Assembly: GCF_009914755.1 (NCBI RefSeq)
Contig: NC_060944.1
Source: the human T2T-CHM13v2.0 reference genome, Homo sapiens
DNA: 64,000 nucleotides
Strand: one strand, 5' to 3'
Below are positions 1 through 15,759 of this stretch, piece by piece (the first letter of the stretch is position 1; each line of letters begins with the position of its first letter). Below the pieces are notes generated by a model, which ran no database searches, was not told the DNA's origin, and was given only the letters and a program-made list of their open reading frames with translations. The translations under genes and the position numbers were made by a program.

Positions 1-1174
1 GATGGGATTTCATTTGTGGTAAAGACTTTTTAGGGTGAGTTGGCAGCATCCCATATATACTCTTTCGTTGCATTTTTTATATGTATATATTTTAAAGGAA
101 ATTCCTATGAGTAAATAGATAATGGATGGGAACCTTTAAAGGTGAACCCGAAGTATTTTGCCATATATTCTAGCATATTACCATTTTAAAGCATTAACAT
201 TAATTTAACCAGCATAAGCAGTTGATTTAGCACCCAAAGTTTCTGAGAGCTTTACTTTTCAAAAAGGGTGGGGGTTGAGGGAGGCTCAATATTGCATTTA
301 CCTTATTAGGAACCTCATATTTAGCTTCAGGAAATGGGCTTTGAATCAGGGCCCTAGTGTTAGGCTCACAGCCCTAGCACTTACGAGTCTGTTGGGCAAG
401 TGACGGAAGCTCCTGAGTGTCCATTTTCTTGACTGCGGATGTGGTGTATGGTAGTGTCTGCCTCACAGGGACACTGGGAGGAGGTGTGGGAGTGAAGGAT
501 GTGAGTTTCACACTGAGCCTGGCCCTAGGAGGTGCCCTGTGCTCACTGGCACTCACCCTCGGGGTAATGCGGCCCCAAAACTGTAACTGCAGGTGCTGTC
601 TTCACTTGTCCTAAAGTCTCTGTAGCCACACATTGAAAATGTGGTGTCTCTTTCTCTCTGAGCTCAGAATGCTGTCCAAAGCAGCCTCAATGTTAGCACA
701 ATGTTTTCTTGAGTTACTTGAGATGAGTTGGACAAATTTTGAATTCAAAAGCTGTCTAACTGTCCAGTGAAATGGATGCCTTTCACAAAATGCCTATTCC
801 TAAAACATGTATAAATTATTTTAGCCATTTTGATGGAAAGAAGAAAACTTTATTTTAGGATATCCACTCAAAACAACGACAAGAAATAAAACATTCTAGT
901 TTACAAAATGAGAGCTGAGGATTTGCACGTGGCCTTGAATCTGCCTCTCATGTGAGGGGTTAACAAATGGTAGCATTTTATATTTAAAAATCTAGTTGAT
1001 GCCATACTGGAAAAATATTCTACTTTTATTTTCTTTGGCTTAAACAAAAAGTGGGGGCTATTTTTGAGAGAAAAAGACACCTGCAACACCGACATTTCAA
1101 ATATTACTCATATTCTAATATTTTAAAACCACAGAGCAAAGAAAAACATAATTTACTTCAAAAAGTATACCTGT

Positions 1175-1532
<358 letters not shown>

Positions 1533-2699
1533 CTATTGAGACGCTTACCAGGAGAAGCCCCCTGGTTCCTGGAGGGGGAGTCCTGGCGGTGTCAGGGCCC
1601 AGCCTGGCCTTTCTCTCCCATCGGTTCCTCCCCGGCAGCGGCGCCTGCTTCAGTCACTTGAGTAGAGTTGCTTGGCAGGTTTTGTTGCCATCTGTCCCTG
1701 GAGAGTTTTATTCCTGTTGGTTCTGACCTGCAGATTGAAAAGTTGCTGCTTTTGCTTCTCTGAGTATTTCCTTGGGACCAGATCCTTCCTGAAAAACAAA
1801 ATGAGACAACAGAAGACACCTGACCCAGATGAAGGGCGCACAGTCACTCACATTGAGAAAACTGCAGGATGAAATCGTGGCATTCATGGGTCAGCGTCTT
1901 GAAATTATTTTAAATACAGGAGGCATGATTTAGTTATCAGACCCTCTCTCATTAAGGAGATAAATAAAAGTCACTTAAAAATCCTGTTTCTCCATAAATA
2001 GCATTCAAAAAAATCCAGACATTTTACAAGGCAGGGGCTGAGCCTTCTCTGTGCTCTGTATCGCCCCCAAGGGTGAGTCTGCGCCATAGCATGTGGTGAA
2101 GGTGGGGTCTGACTGCACCCCTTCGCTAGGCTTTCCTCTTCCCTTCTTTCTCCACCTCTGGGTACTTTTCTTAACATCCTTTCCTTTTCTGGTTTTAAAG
2201 GTTCTCTGCTTGCTGGTACTCTCTGCAGGCTTGCCACAGACAGCTCTATTAAGAATATCGGCACCAAGAGACATAGATCACACACCGTAGAGATTTCTTA
2301 TCTTCTATGTGCCTTGACGCCTAAGCGGGATGTGTGGTCAGATGAATACAGATTCTCTTCACCTGCTCATGGGGTGCCTCTGAGACACATGCTGCTTTTT
2401 TGCAGAACAGATGTTGCTGTTGCCAAAGCACAGAGTATTAGAAAAACACTGAGCAGACAGAATGTAGTCCCCATAATCTTCAGGGGTTGCGGCATTCATG
2501 TGGCCTTCCAGTGGGGAGACCCCATACATTTTGTTTGTGTGATGTTCAGAGTCCGTGAGTTAAGGTTCTGATTTGATCTAGCAAGAATCAGAAAAGGTTA
2601 GGTCCTTTTATGTGTGGGAGAGTCACATTGCCAGCTTGTGAGGTCTTGCTGTGCCTCTCTTCCCCTGCATCTTGAATGCTTGTTTTGAAACATGTCCTT

Positions 2700-2981
2700 G
2701 CTGGGTGCAGTGGCTCATATCTGTAATCCCAGCACTTTGAGAGGCTGAGGTGGGAAGATTGCTTGAGGCTTGGAGTTTGAGACCAGCCTGGAAACATAGC
2801 AAGACCCCGTCTCTACAAAAAATTCTTAAAAATTAGCCGGATATGGTGGTGCGCACCTGTAGTCCTAGCTACTTAGGAGGCTAAGGTGGGAGGATTGCTC
2901 GAGTCCAGGAATTTGAGGTTACAGTGAGCTAGGATCATGCCACTGCACTGCAGTCTGGGCAACAGAGTGAGATGCCATCTC

Positions 2982-3020
<39 letters not shown>
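2700..3020 (+). mobile_element. AluJ with (AAT)n microsatellite tail (2982-3020)
   Basis: AluJ-type sequence (gaggattgctcgag) followed by TAA repeats. Confidence 0.85.
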
Positions 3021-4209
3021 TTTGCCCTGTGGGTGCACCTGGACTAGACGGCAGATCTGCTCACACTGGCCCATTCCTGGGGGTCGAGGGTTGGTGCTGG
3101 GTTTCACTTCTTGTCTCACATTCTACATCTGGAAGGAGGAAGCCATTCTAAGCCAAATAGCAGTGGAAGAAGCAACTGAGGAAATGCTGGGGAGTGTTGC
3201 CCACATTAAACGTTACACTTCCACATTGCTGCGGGAAATGCCAACACAAGAAGCAAACATACTAGACGAGCTGAGCCACCCATTTCTATTGGTAATAAAT
3301 GGACAAAGGGTAAATCGGCTTTATGTATAAACCTCTTATACAGATTGACTAAAACATTTAAAAAATGAAATCCCTAATAAATAAAAGGACATACGATATA
3401 ATTTACAAAACAGGTGTCGTGAATACAGTGGGGTTTTTTTATGTTTCTTAATCCAAGCCAAAAAGGAGCTATCTCCCTTGCCATTCAGATTAGCATAAGT
3501 TTTCCTTCAAAACATACGACGTGATGGGCACCGTCACGTATGGGGATGTATATTTTCATGCAAGCTTTTGGGAGAACTGCTTGGCTTTAAAATCTCATCT
3601 CCTTTTATCCTACTTTGAAATATTTCCTTAGGCTCTGTTCTTATTCATTCATTCAGCAGTTATTCACTGTGTCCAATGTGGGCAGAACCCTAGGCTCCTC
3701 CCACCATGGAACATGAAGACAAAATGCTTCCTGCTTGGGGCTAACAGTGTAGTGGAGGAAACACACTGTTTCAAAAGTCAGTACAAACATGCAGACATAT
3801 ACTCATTTACTCTAAGCCATGGGGTACTGCACAGGAAACAAAAACAGGATTCCGTGATAAGAGAATGACCATGTCTCGGAAGTGGAATTCCTAGGTCAGA
3901 GATGCATGCAGTCAGCTGTTCATTGCTAATATTATTGGTAAGCACAAAGATTGGGAAGCCACTGTTCCATTTGTTAAAGTGATATAAATATCTAGATACA
4001 TTAGCATATTGCTCCTAATTTGACCACTGTTCCCCTCTTGGCACTTCCCCTACTGGCCTTTTTAAAAATACTTTAAAAAAGCATCCAGAGGGCATATGAA
4101 TATAAATATACAATTACTAGTTTGCTTTTTCGTTTAACTTATGATAAGCATTTTCTACATTGCCCCAAACTCTAACCATATAATCTTCCTTTTTGGGAAT
4201 GTATTATAA

Positions 4210-4503
4210 TTTTTTTTTTTGAGAGAGAGAGTCTCGCTCTGTCGCCCAGGCTGGAGTGCAGTGGCACGATCTCGGCTCACTGCAAGCTCCGCCTCCCAGC
4301 TTCACGCCATTCTCCTGCCTCAGCCTCCCGATCAGCTGAGACTACAGGCGCCCACCACCATGCCCGACTAATTTTTAGTATTTTTAGTAGAGACGGGGTT
4401 TCACCATGTTAGCCAGGATGGTCTCGATCTCTTGACCTCGTGATCCGCCCGCCTCGGCCTTCCAAAGTACTGGGATTACAGGCGTGAGCCACCGCGCCCG
4501 GCC
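4210..4503 (-). mobile_element. AluY
   Basis: Diagnostic gcaagctccgcctcc / ttcacgccattc / ttagccaggatgg; CpG-rich; TSD gtattat(a/g)at. Confidence 0.9.
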
Positions 4504-6139
4504 GTATTATGATTTTTTTAACCATTTCACCCATTCTTTGGACATCTGAGTTTCAAGCGATAAAAAGGATGAAGATACAGTTTTAAATGGATGTATAATT
4601 TCTACCGTACAATAGCAGTACTCAAGAAAAATGCATTAGCAGGAAGATATGGGTGATTTTCTGTTGGTATAATACATATTATTTACTAAAGAGGTGGGGA
4701 GCAGGTCCCTGTGGACCAGCTGTGACTTTGCGGCAGCCCCACTCCCCATCTCCGCAGTAGCCCCTACCCTTGTTTTCCCTCATCCTTCAGGGATGAACCA
4801 CTGCACTCAGGTCTCTCGGGTCAAGCACCTACCCAGAACGAGTGATGGGGCCCCTAGCAGTTGGGAGGACTCTGCCCAGTCTCCAGGGGCAATTCCTACC
4901 AAGGTTCAAGCCATTGAGGCCCTTGAGGGTGTGGGTTTGGTGTTAATGGATCTTTTGAATTTTCGAGAGAAAGAGCAAGATTACTCAATTTCTAATGTGA
5001 GGGGTTCCTGACTTCTTATTGTCAGTGGCCAATTCAACTTTAAAAGTACAATAAGTCTGGGCACAACACAACACAACTGTATGCAGAATAAGGTCCATGT
5101 CCTCTGAACAGTCTGATCTAGAGGAAGGAGACCGCTTACCCCAACACTGTCGGAAGGAGGGGCAGCAAGGAGTGATAGAAAGAAGCAGCAGCAGAAACCC
5201 AGGAGGAGAGAAAAAGAAAGGTGGGGGCAGCACCCACAGGGAGCAGACGCTGGGTTCCTCCCCACCCCTGGGCCCTTTACGTCATAGCCACAGCTCCAGG
5301 CCCCACTGGGCCTTAACTACCACCTGGTTCTGTTCCTGCAGATTCTTTTTCATTCCAAGGAAGAGACCATCTTCCAGAGCCAAGGGAAAGCTCTACTCAG
5401 ACCTCCCATAGCGTGAGACTTCCCAGGGAACCTCCTCTAGCAGAGCAGGCTGTCCCTCCTCCTGTAGGCCCAGCTCTCTACAGTGATGGCTAAAAACAAG
5501 CTCCTTTTCTTCAAGGGTTGTACCAGTTAAATGCTAGATTGGGCACGTGCTTCAGTCATTCATATAACTTCTCTATGGCACCACCCTCAGGGATTTGTGG
5601 GTCAAAAAGGTATCTTCAGTCACGAAAATTTACCAGACCCACCCTAGAAAAAAAGCTGATCTTAACCTGAAAATCACTGTTGGAGACAAGAACCACATTA
5701 AATAACCCAGCTAAGGCAGGGGCTGAGGAGAGTCAGCAAATGCTTGTTGGTATCTTCTGTGCATTTGGGAGATTCTGGAAAATCTTTGGCAACTTCAGGA
5801 AAAAAAAAGTACTTTTATGGCTTTTCTTGTGCTGATAATGTTTTCTACAAAAGAGATTCCGGGCATAGTATGTCTGTTATTGCTCTGGGCACAGTAGGTC
5901 TGTTAAAATTACTGTTCCAGTTGTTTAAAGAATTTTGTTATTATTTGGTTGCCTGCCTTTATGTTTTTCAAAGGCAGTGTCTTATGGAGTAACTAAATAT
6001 TTTAGTTAATAACAGACCTTATCTGGCATACTTTTAAACATCTATGACTATAACATTTAATAGAGTTTTTCATAGATATTAGAAAGATAAATTTTGGTTG
6101 ATCCACTCAATATGTGACTCTTTGAAGTCATGTTACCTA

Positions 6140-7730
<1,591 letters not shown>

Positions 7731-8161
7731 TTATGTAAATGAGATTTCAGAAAACCTGTTTTTTAAAAAGGCGAGTTAGGTAGCAAATGCACGTGGTGCT
7801 GAAGCTGTTCCTTTTAGAGCCGGCTCTTAGCATTCTGTGTCCTGAGCATTGTGCTGTGAGCTAAGAGATAGAACATGATTTCTGCTTCCCCCACCCCTAA
7901 AAAAAGGTTTGGGAGATCAGAAGATGTAAAACAGAAACCCAGAATGCTCTTCTAAGAGTTAGCTACAGAGTAAATAAAAGTTTGAAGAGACTTCCTCAGG
8001 CAGGGGAAGACAGAAGTTTCATAGACAAGATGATAATAGTAAGCTCACTGCTCCATTTTTTATTTTTAAAAACTTGCCACCCAACTCATAGGGGGCAGAG
8101 ACTATGTCTTAACACAGGGCCTACCAGCTTCAGGGTAAAATCAATGAAATCTTTAAACTGA

Positions 8162-8468
8162 GGCTAGGCATGGTGGCTCACGCCTGTAATCCCAACACTT
8201 TGGGAGGTTGAGGCGGGTGGATTACCTGAGCCCAGAAGTTCAAGACCAGCCTGAACAACATGGCAAAACCCTGTCTCTACAAAAAATACAAAAATTAGCC
8301 AGGCATGGTGGCGCACACCTATAGCCCTAGCTACTCAGGAGGATGAGGTAGGAGGATGAGGTGGGAGGATGGCTTGAGCCTGGGAGGTGGAGGCTGCACT
8401 GAGCCATGATGGCACCACTGCACTCCAGCCTGGGTGACTGAGTGAGACCCTGTCTCAAAGAAAAAAAG
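8162..8468 (+). mobile_element. AluJ
   Basis: Alu dimer with an internal gaggatgaggt duplication. Confidence 0.85.
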
Positions 8469-8684
8469 TTTACATGACTATGAGTATGTTCCATAAATGA
8501 ATCCTTTGAACGTTATATATGCTATGAATATTTCACTTAGCCTTTGGCTTATTGTTTTTTGTTGTTGTTGTGACATTGTCATGTAAAAGTTTGTAATTTT
8601 TACATAGTAAAACTTATTTTTTTAAAATAAGTTTTTAAAGTTTAAATAAAAATTATTTAAAATAAGTTTTAAAGCTTTAGATCA

Positions 8685-8995
8685 CAGGTCCCCAACCCCC
8701 ATACCGGTGACAGTCCGTGGCCTCTTAGTAACCGGGCCACACAGCAGGAGGTGAGCCACAGGCGAGAGAACATTAGTGCCAGAGCTCCATCAGCGGCATT
8801 AGATTCTCTTAGGAGCACAAACCCTGTTGTGAACTGCGCACGTGAGGGATCTAGGTTGCGTGCTGCTTATGAGACTCTAATGCCTGATGATCTGAGGTGG
8901 AACAGTTTCATCCCAAAACCTTCCCCCAACCATCTATGGAAAGATTGTCTTCCATGAGACTGGCCCCAGGTGCAAAAAAGGTTGGGAACTACTGT
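8685..8995 (+). mobile_element. MER1B-like hAT-Charlie DNA transposon
   Basis: caggtccccaacccc...ccgggccacacagcaggaggtgagc...aaaaaggttgggaactactg termini. Confidence 0.75.
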
Positions 8996-9089
8996 TTTAG
9001 ATGACATTTCCTACCCTAGTTATAAAACACATTTTCCTATAAATTATTCTTCTTTCCTTTTTTACATTTAGGTGTTTATAACCCTAGTC

Positions 9090-9290
9090 CAGGGCTTCTC
9101 AACCTCAGCACAGGGGCATCTTGGCTGGGTAACTCTCTGTGGGGGGGCCATCCTGTGTACTGTATGATGCTTGCTGCATCCCTGGCCTCTACCCACAAGA
9201 TGCCAATAGCACCTGCACCCCAGATGTGACAGCTAAAAATGTCTCCAGACATCGCCGAATGTCCACTAGGGAGCAGGATCAACCACTGCA
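9090..9290. mobile_element. MER20-like hAT DNA transposon
   Basis: cagggcttctcaacct...ccctggcctctacccac...aaaaatgtctccagacat. Confidence 0.75.
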
Positions 9291-9337
9291 CTTGCGTTAG
9301 ACCCCAAGTGGTTAGAGAGCCACTGCACTTGGGTTAG

Positions 9338-9651
<314 letters not shown>

Positions 9652-10169
9652 TAGACCCCTCATTTTTGCAGCTGAGGAAACTGAGGCCCAGAGAAGTGGT
9701 GTGGCCTGAGCCAGGTGGCCTAGACAGATGGTGGCAGAAATCTCAATTCAAAATGCAGGACTGGGAACCTCCACTCCTCGTTCTCTTTTTTTCCCTGTTT
9801 TTCCTGTCCCCAGCCGTGAGCACCTCTGCTGTGCTAGGCACTGGGTAGCTGCTGGGGCCACAGCAGGGAAGAAAACAACATAGACAAAGTGATGAAGACA
9901 AGACTCCAGGTCATGATTAGTGCCATGGAGCCAACACAGAAAGAGTGCTGGGATCCCACCAGTGACAGCATGGTCACAGGGAGCCTCTGCAGAGGTGGCT
10001 CACTCACTGACAGCTCTGTGAGTGTGGGCATGCCTTTGGTGTGTATGTGTGCGTTTCTACCACCACAACACTGTCAGGATGGTCTAGACCCTGCTCGCAG
10101 TCTTGTTCTGCCGGGGTGTGTTGGGCGCCCCCAAGGCTGCCGTCATGCTTGGGGGTTTTCTGAAAGACT

Positions 10170-10660
10170 TGAGACTTAGCATATGGTTGTATTCAACTAA
10201 CATTCACTGCAGCAGCGTGGTATGGATGCACAGCTGGGTGTTAAGGGAAAAGGCGCATGTAGCAGAGTCTGGAGGAATCCACGTGGGGCTTCCTTACGCG
10301 CACTCCCTCCCTCAAGGGGTTGCACGAAGTGAATACTTCCCCCCGCAACGAAACTGCAACACGTGTGATGTTTTTGCCCAGGGAAGCAAATGAGAGACTC
10401 AGTACCCAGAGCTTTGGCTGAGGGCTGGCTTTATACCCTCGGCCTAGCATGTTCCAGAATTCCACACTCCCATAAGCAGGTAGGTGTCAGCATAGACCAC
10501 GTTGTTCATACAAAAGGGTCTAGGCACGGTGAGCCAAGCTACTCTTGTCAGTTAAAAAATGGCGGGAACCCTCCCAAAATCCAAGTTCCCAGACACCATC
10601 CAGGCACCAGCCTTGCAAGTGATAGCACTCTTAACCTGCTACGCTGACACTTTGCTGTGT
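10170..10660. mobile_element. Old ERVL-type LTR remnant (MER68/MER77-like)
   Basis: Resembles a recalled consensus (gggaaccctcccaaaatccaagttcccaga...ccttgcaag); family uncertain. Confidence 0.4.
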
Positions 10661-10818
10661 GCGGGAACTTTCCAAACCAAGGCTTTGACCAGAAAGCCGG
10701 TAATAGGAATTTACTCGGAGCCTGGGGGCCACTGCTTGGGGCTGAGAGTGGGGGACTGAAGCGTGGCCTCCCCATTGACTGGTGATGGAATCTGCCCTCT
10801 CTTGTTTGCCCTCTCCAG

Positions 10819-10932
10819 TGTGGGGCTGCCTTCCAGGAGGATGATGTCATCGTGCTCAATGGCACCAAGGAGGATGTGGACGTGCTGAAGACAAGGATGG
10901 AGGAGAGAAGGCTGAGAGCGAAGCTGGAAAAG
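10819..10932 (+). CDS. RTF2: RTF2 (replication termination factor 2) internal coding exon CGAAFQEDDVIVLNGTKEDVDVLKTRMEERRLRAKLEK
   Basis: ctctccag|TGT acceptor, AAG|gtaatg donor, 114 nt, phase 0; peptide recognised as human RTF2. Confidence 0.95.
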
Positions 10933-11419
10933 GTAATGGGAGTCTTCAGGTTCCGCCCAGCCCCCATCTCTGCTCCAGAGCCGACTGCAAATCACTGAAC
11001 TGAGCTGGCAGCTGCTTAGGGGTTTGCATGATCAAGGCGATTTTTATAACCTAGAAGGGCCTGGACTGTAGAAGCAGATTCCAGCTGAGGCCCAGGCACT
11101 GCCTTGCTGTGGTGAGCACGGCGGCTCTGCTCTTCCCCGCCGAGCTTTCTCATCAGTGAAGTGGGGTAGTGACAGCATGCGAGGGCACGGAGCTGTCAGC
11201 AGGCTCCAGAGACCATGGCCATAAAGCACTGACACTGACACGGCCCCAGCAAGCCCTTGGGGAAGGGCAGCCACCACCGTTGCTGCTGCTGTCACTTACT
11301 GTTGCTGTTGATTTAAGGCAGTACATACTCAGGTCTCATAGCTTGTAAAACAAAGGAAAAATGAAAAGTCACCATCATCCCAGCAAAATGTAAGGCTCCC
11401 CTGCTGCCCAGATTGGAAT

Positions 11420-11545
11420 GTGCTCGGGAGGGCCCTGGCAGTCTGGGCTCCAGCAGGCCTGGGTGGGCCTGGGTGCCTGTGCGTCTCACCCACTCCCAGG
11501 GCGTGTGGATGCAACTCCTCAGGGTCACACTTTGAATAACAAGGA
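11420..11545. mobile_element. MER5-like hAT remnant
   Basis: ggtgggcctggg...ctcccagg...cacactttga pattern. Confidence 0.5.
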
Positions 11546-12378
11546 GCTAATGAGTAGCCTTCCCAAAAATGGGGGCCAAATCCCTCACCTTCCTGAGCCC
11601 TCCCACGGGGAGAGGGAGGGTCTTTTATGGAGCGTGGTGCTTCATGCTTCATCGTTCAGAAGGGAGCGTGGTATCCAGAAACAGGGAAAGCATTGCTGAG
11701 TAACGTGGCGGAGTGAGCAGGCTCCAGACAACGCATCCACCAAGAGTTCTTCCATGCGCTGGTGATTCCCCATCCAGCAGTAAATGTTGTTCATGTTTAC
11801 AGATGATAGCTATGGAATACAGGCCTTTCGTGAGTGGCAAATTTCTTATTCTTTAAAAAAAAAAAAAGTTGGGTTCAGGATAAGCTAGGGAGAAAACTTT
11901 ATGTGATCAGAACTAAGGCAAAAGAATGCTTGAAGTACTAGAAAATTAGCTCCAGTAGGCTGAGGACATAAAATTATGAAACAAATCGCCTGCCCTCGCG
12001 TGGGTGTGCATTTTACCAGTGCCAGTCCGAGGCGAGAGTGATGGAGTACCTGAAGATTTTTCAGAGGTTTGGGGTTTTTAAAAAATCATAACAAGACAGG
12101 ACCGTATCACCCTGGAATAATGTGTAATTCGTGGTTGTGAGGCTTTAAAAAGCCGAGGCTTGAGCACATGGTAGCAGTATTACCATTATGCATGGATCCA
12201 GAATGATCAGAAAGAGCCAAAGGCATTTGTATTTTCTCCCTTCATCGTTTTACTTAGGTAGAAAATAATGTCTGAAAATGGCTCTGTAGTTCAAGGAACG
12301 GTGCCCAAACTCTGAATTCAGATGCGAGTAGAAATACTCCGTGGAGCAATATTATAAGATGTTAATACAACATTCCTA

Positions 12379-12555
<177 letters not shown>

Positions 12556-12794
12556 CCGCTTGGCCATTGAAATGCTGTGTTCAGGTTGAAAAGTAAATAC
12601 ATGTGTATCTTATATAAAGTGTGTTAATTCTAAGTTGGTTTTCTAAATTACTATGATTTCATTATTGTAAGAGAGAAAAAAAGAGGGAAACTAAGTTTGA
12701 GGTCTTTTTAACTAAGGACAGTTGCCAAAAGCCATCTCCCTGTTCTTAATTGCTACCATTGATCAAGCTCAGTTTTAAAAAACACAAAAGGGCA

Positions 12795-13201
<407 letters not shown>

Positions 13202-14428
13202 TCAAAGGAAACTACTAGAAATGTTCATATTCCCTTTGACCATTTTGCTTTCGTGAGTTTTCTCTGTCACAGGTTTCCTGCCAAGTTAATTCAAAGCCCA
13301 GTGGGACTAACATGCTCCTCTCTGCAAAATATTCTCCAGAGCTTCTGGGAATACCTCATAGCTACTGCTACCAGGATACCAAAATATTTCCCAAATACAC
13401 TTGCAGCTGGAAGCAAGATATAACATTTCCTCTCTAACTCCTTCTTGCCTGTGCTTTTCAAATAACCTCAGCTGTGAATGGAGGGCTTAGAAGTAAACAG
13501 TTGTCTCTTATTTGTTTGAAGGACCGAGTATCAGTTTTCACAGATGTGAATGCTTGCATTGCATGTGTGAAATGCACAGAAGGTCTTTATGTTCTGTTAT
13601 AAATCACACTGCATGTATATGTTAGAAATTCAAGGCCTGAGAGGTCTTTCTTTAATGCTCAGTGCTGGGAGATGGCTGAAGTAATCAGGCTGCCTATTTT
13701 TAGTGCCACCTTTTGGATGCTTAGGAAATTGACATTTTAAAGTAAATTAAATGAACATAGTCCTACTTGTCATTTCTGCGATTAAATCAATTCCAACGCA
13801 GCTGTGTGACCGTAGAATGGTTTGTTTTATTATTGCTGATCAAAATAACTATTATGAGTAGCAGAATTCTAGTGCCTGGAAATCTAACAAGAGTAGTTTT
13901 GAGTTTAGAAGAATTAGCTCAACTGTCTTTAATATAAACTTCAAGGCCTTACACTTGAATAACAAATACCAAAGCAGTTTGACAGCTTTGAAAAAAAGTT
14001 AGTGGAATGTGCAAGATTTAGTTGGTGTTTATGCTGGCTGGACTTCACATACCCATATATACTCTGTGTTACTCATTTAAGTGCGCTTTTGTATACAGTT
14101 GTCACCATCAACATTGGCCCTTATTACTGAAATCTGTCAGCCTCATTTAAATTTTTGCAAATGTGATTTGGGAGATGTAAATATAAAAGTGAGCAGCTCT
14201 GTGCAGATACATTTTTGTGTGAGGCAGAAGTGCATGACTGGTGTCACATGCAGAGGGTGAAGGCTTTAGGAGTTACGGAACATCAAAAGCCTTCTTCAGA
14301 GTGACTGTCTGTCTCATGTGACTAGCATCGGTCAGTCAGACAGGGCACCCGGGACAATGGGCAGCCACACTGACGCTGAAGTGGAGTGAATCTGAGCACA
14401 GCCTCCAACATTCTCTATCTTTTTGTAG

Positions 14429-14483
14429 AAAACAAAGAAACCCAAGGCAGCAGAGTCTGTTTCAAAACCAGATGTCAGTGAAG
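14429..14483 (+). CDS. RTF2: RTF2 coding exon KTKKPKAAESVSKPDVSE
   Basis: ttttgtag|AAA acceptor, AAG|gtaaga donor, 55 nt, frame continuous with the previous exon. Confidence 0.95.
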
Positions 14484-14599
14484 GTAAGATCCTTCAAGAG
14501 ATCCTTATTTTAGCAAAATGCGACTCTAGGGCAGTCTGCTAATATGTTCATGCTTTGTTTTGCATTGTTTTTGCTTTGCCTACTTTGTTTCTTTTACAG

Positions 14600-14695
14600 A
14601 AGCCCCAGGGCCATCAAAAGTTAAGACAGGGAAGCCTGAAGAAGCCAGCCTTGATTCTAGAGAGAAGAAAACCAACTTGGCTCCCAAAAGCACAG
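14600..14695 (+). CDS. RTF2: RTF2 coding exon EAPGPSKVKTGKPEEASLDSREKKTNLAPKST
   Basis: cttttacag| acceptor, CAG|gtgggt donor, 96 nt, phase 1. Confidence 0.95.
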
Positions 14696-15580
14696 GTGGG
14701 TCCTGTTGTAGCTACAGGGAGCTGTTTCGAGAAGGCTGGAAACCCAGGTGGCCGAGTCCAGGTTTCACTGGAGTGGGTGGATGGGAAGCCCAAGCCTGTC
14801 CTATGTCATGTCTCTAGAGAGTGCACTGAACTCTCTTTAGGGGGGTAACTAAGAAATATTGAACACACCCTCATCAGGAGCCGTGGCAGGAGTGATGGGG
14901 TCTGGGCACAAATGCTGGTTGTTTAGATTCCTGTCGAGTAAGTGCTTGGTGCCAAGCAAAAGAGGTTGCGCTGAGAACTGGCTCAGATGTTGCACAGAGA
15001 CTGTCAGATGGACTGTGGCTCAGGGCCTGCGGGGAATGCCCCCAGTTTCTTTACTCTTGGGGCTTTCATGGGCTCCACGTGTGGCTCTCAGAGTCCCCTC
15101 TCTGCTGCCTCTTGACCAAGGATCAGTTTCTCCTAAAACTCACTCTCTGTAACTCAAAGAAAATACCATTTATTTCACAAAAAGAAAAATACAGATTCAT
15201 TGTTAAGAGTGTGTGATCTTGTGCTCTAAGTAGCATCCAGGGTGGCTGACAGGCTCCCATCCCGGCTCTACATGGGACAGCCACTCAGGTTCCTGTGCCC
15301 ATTTCCTCCCCTGGAACGCAGGCCCTGCCTCATCAGGACAATCTAAGTCATTCACGGGGCTGGGACCAGTGTCTGCGACAGAGCAAGACAGTAAATGATA
15401 GATGTGTTGTGCTGTGTCTGCTTTGCTGGAGTTGGCAATTAAGATGACGTCCGCCAGCACTCACACAGCCAGCAAGAGAACGTCTGGGACAGAGTGACTG
15501 ATGGGCTTCCCTTCTGAGGATGCGAAGTTTAGAATCATCTTTATCCCAACCCTGACAGTTTTGGCTCTTCATTTTTCTAG

Positions 15581-15759
15581 CAATGAATGAGAGCTCTTCT
15601 GGAAAAGCTGGGAAGCCTCCGTGTGGAGCCACAAAGAGGTCCATCGCTGACAGTGAAGAATCGGAGGCCTACAAGTCCCTCTTTACCACTCACAGCTCCG
15701 CCAAGCGCTCCAAGGAGGAGTCTGCCCACTGGGTCACCCACACGTCCTACTGCTTCTGA
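15581..15759 (+). CDS. RTF2: RTF2 last coding exon AMNESSSG...SKEESAHWVTHTSYCF*
   Basis: atttttctag| acceptor; in-frame TGA at 15757-15759; C-terminus matches RTF2. Confidence 0.95.

Noticed and set aside
385-620. Further minus-strand donors (CTC|gtaagt at 385, AGG|gtgagt at 557)
   Set aside because: No convincing pyrimidine-rich acceptor pairs with them, and the region looks like a MIR remnant
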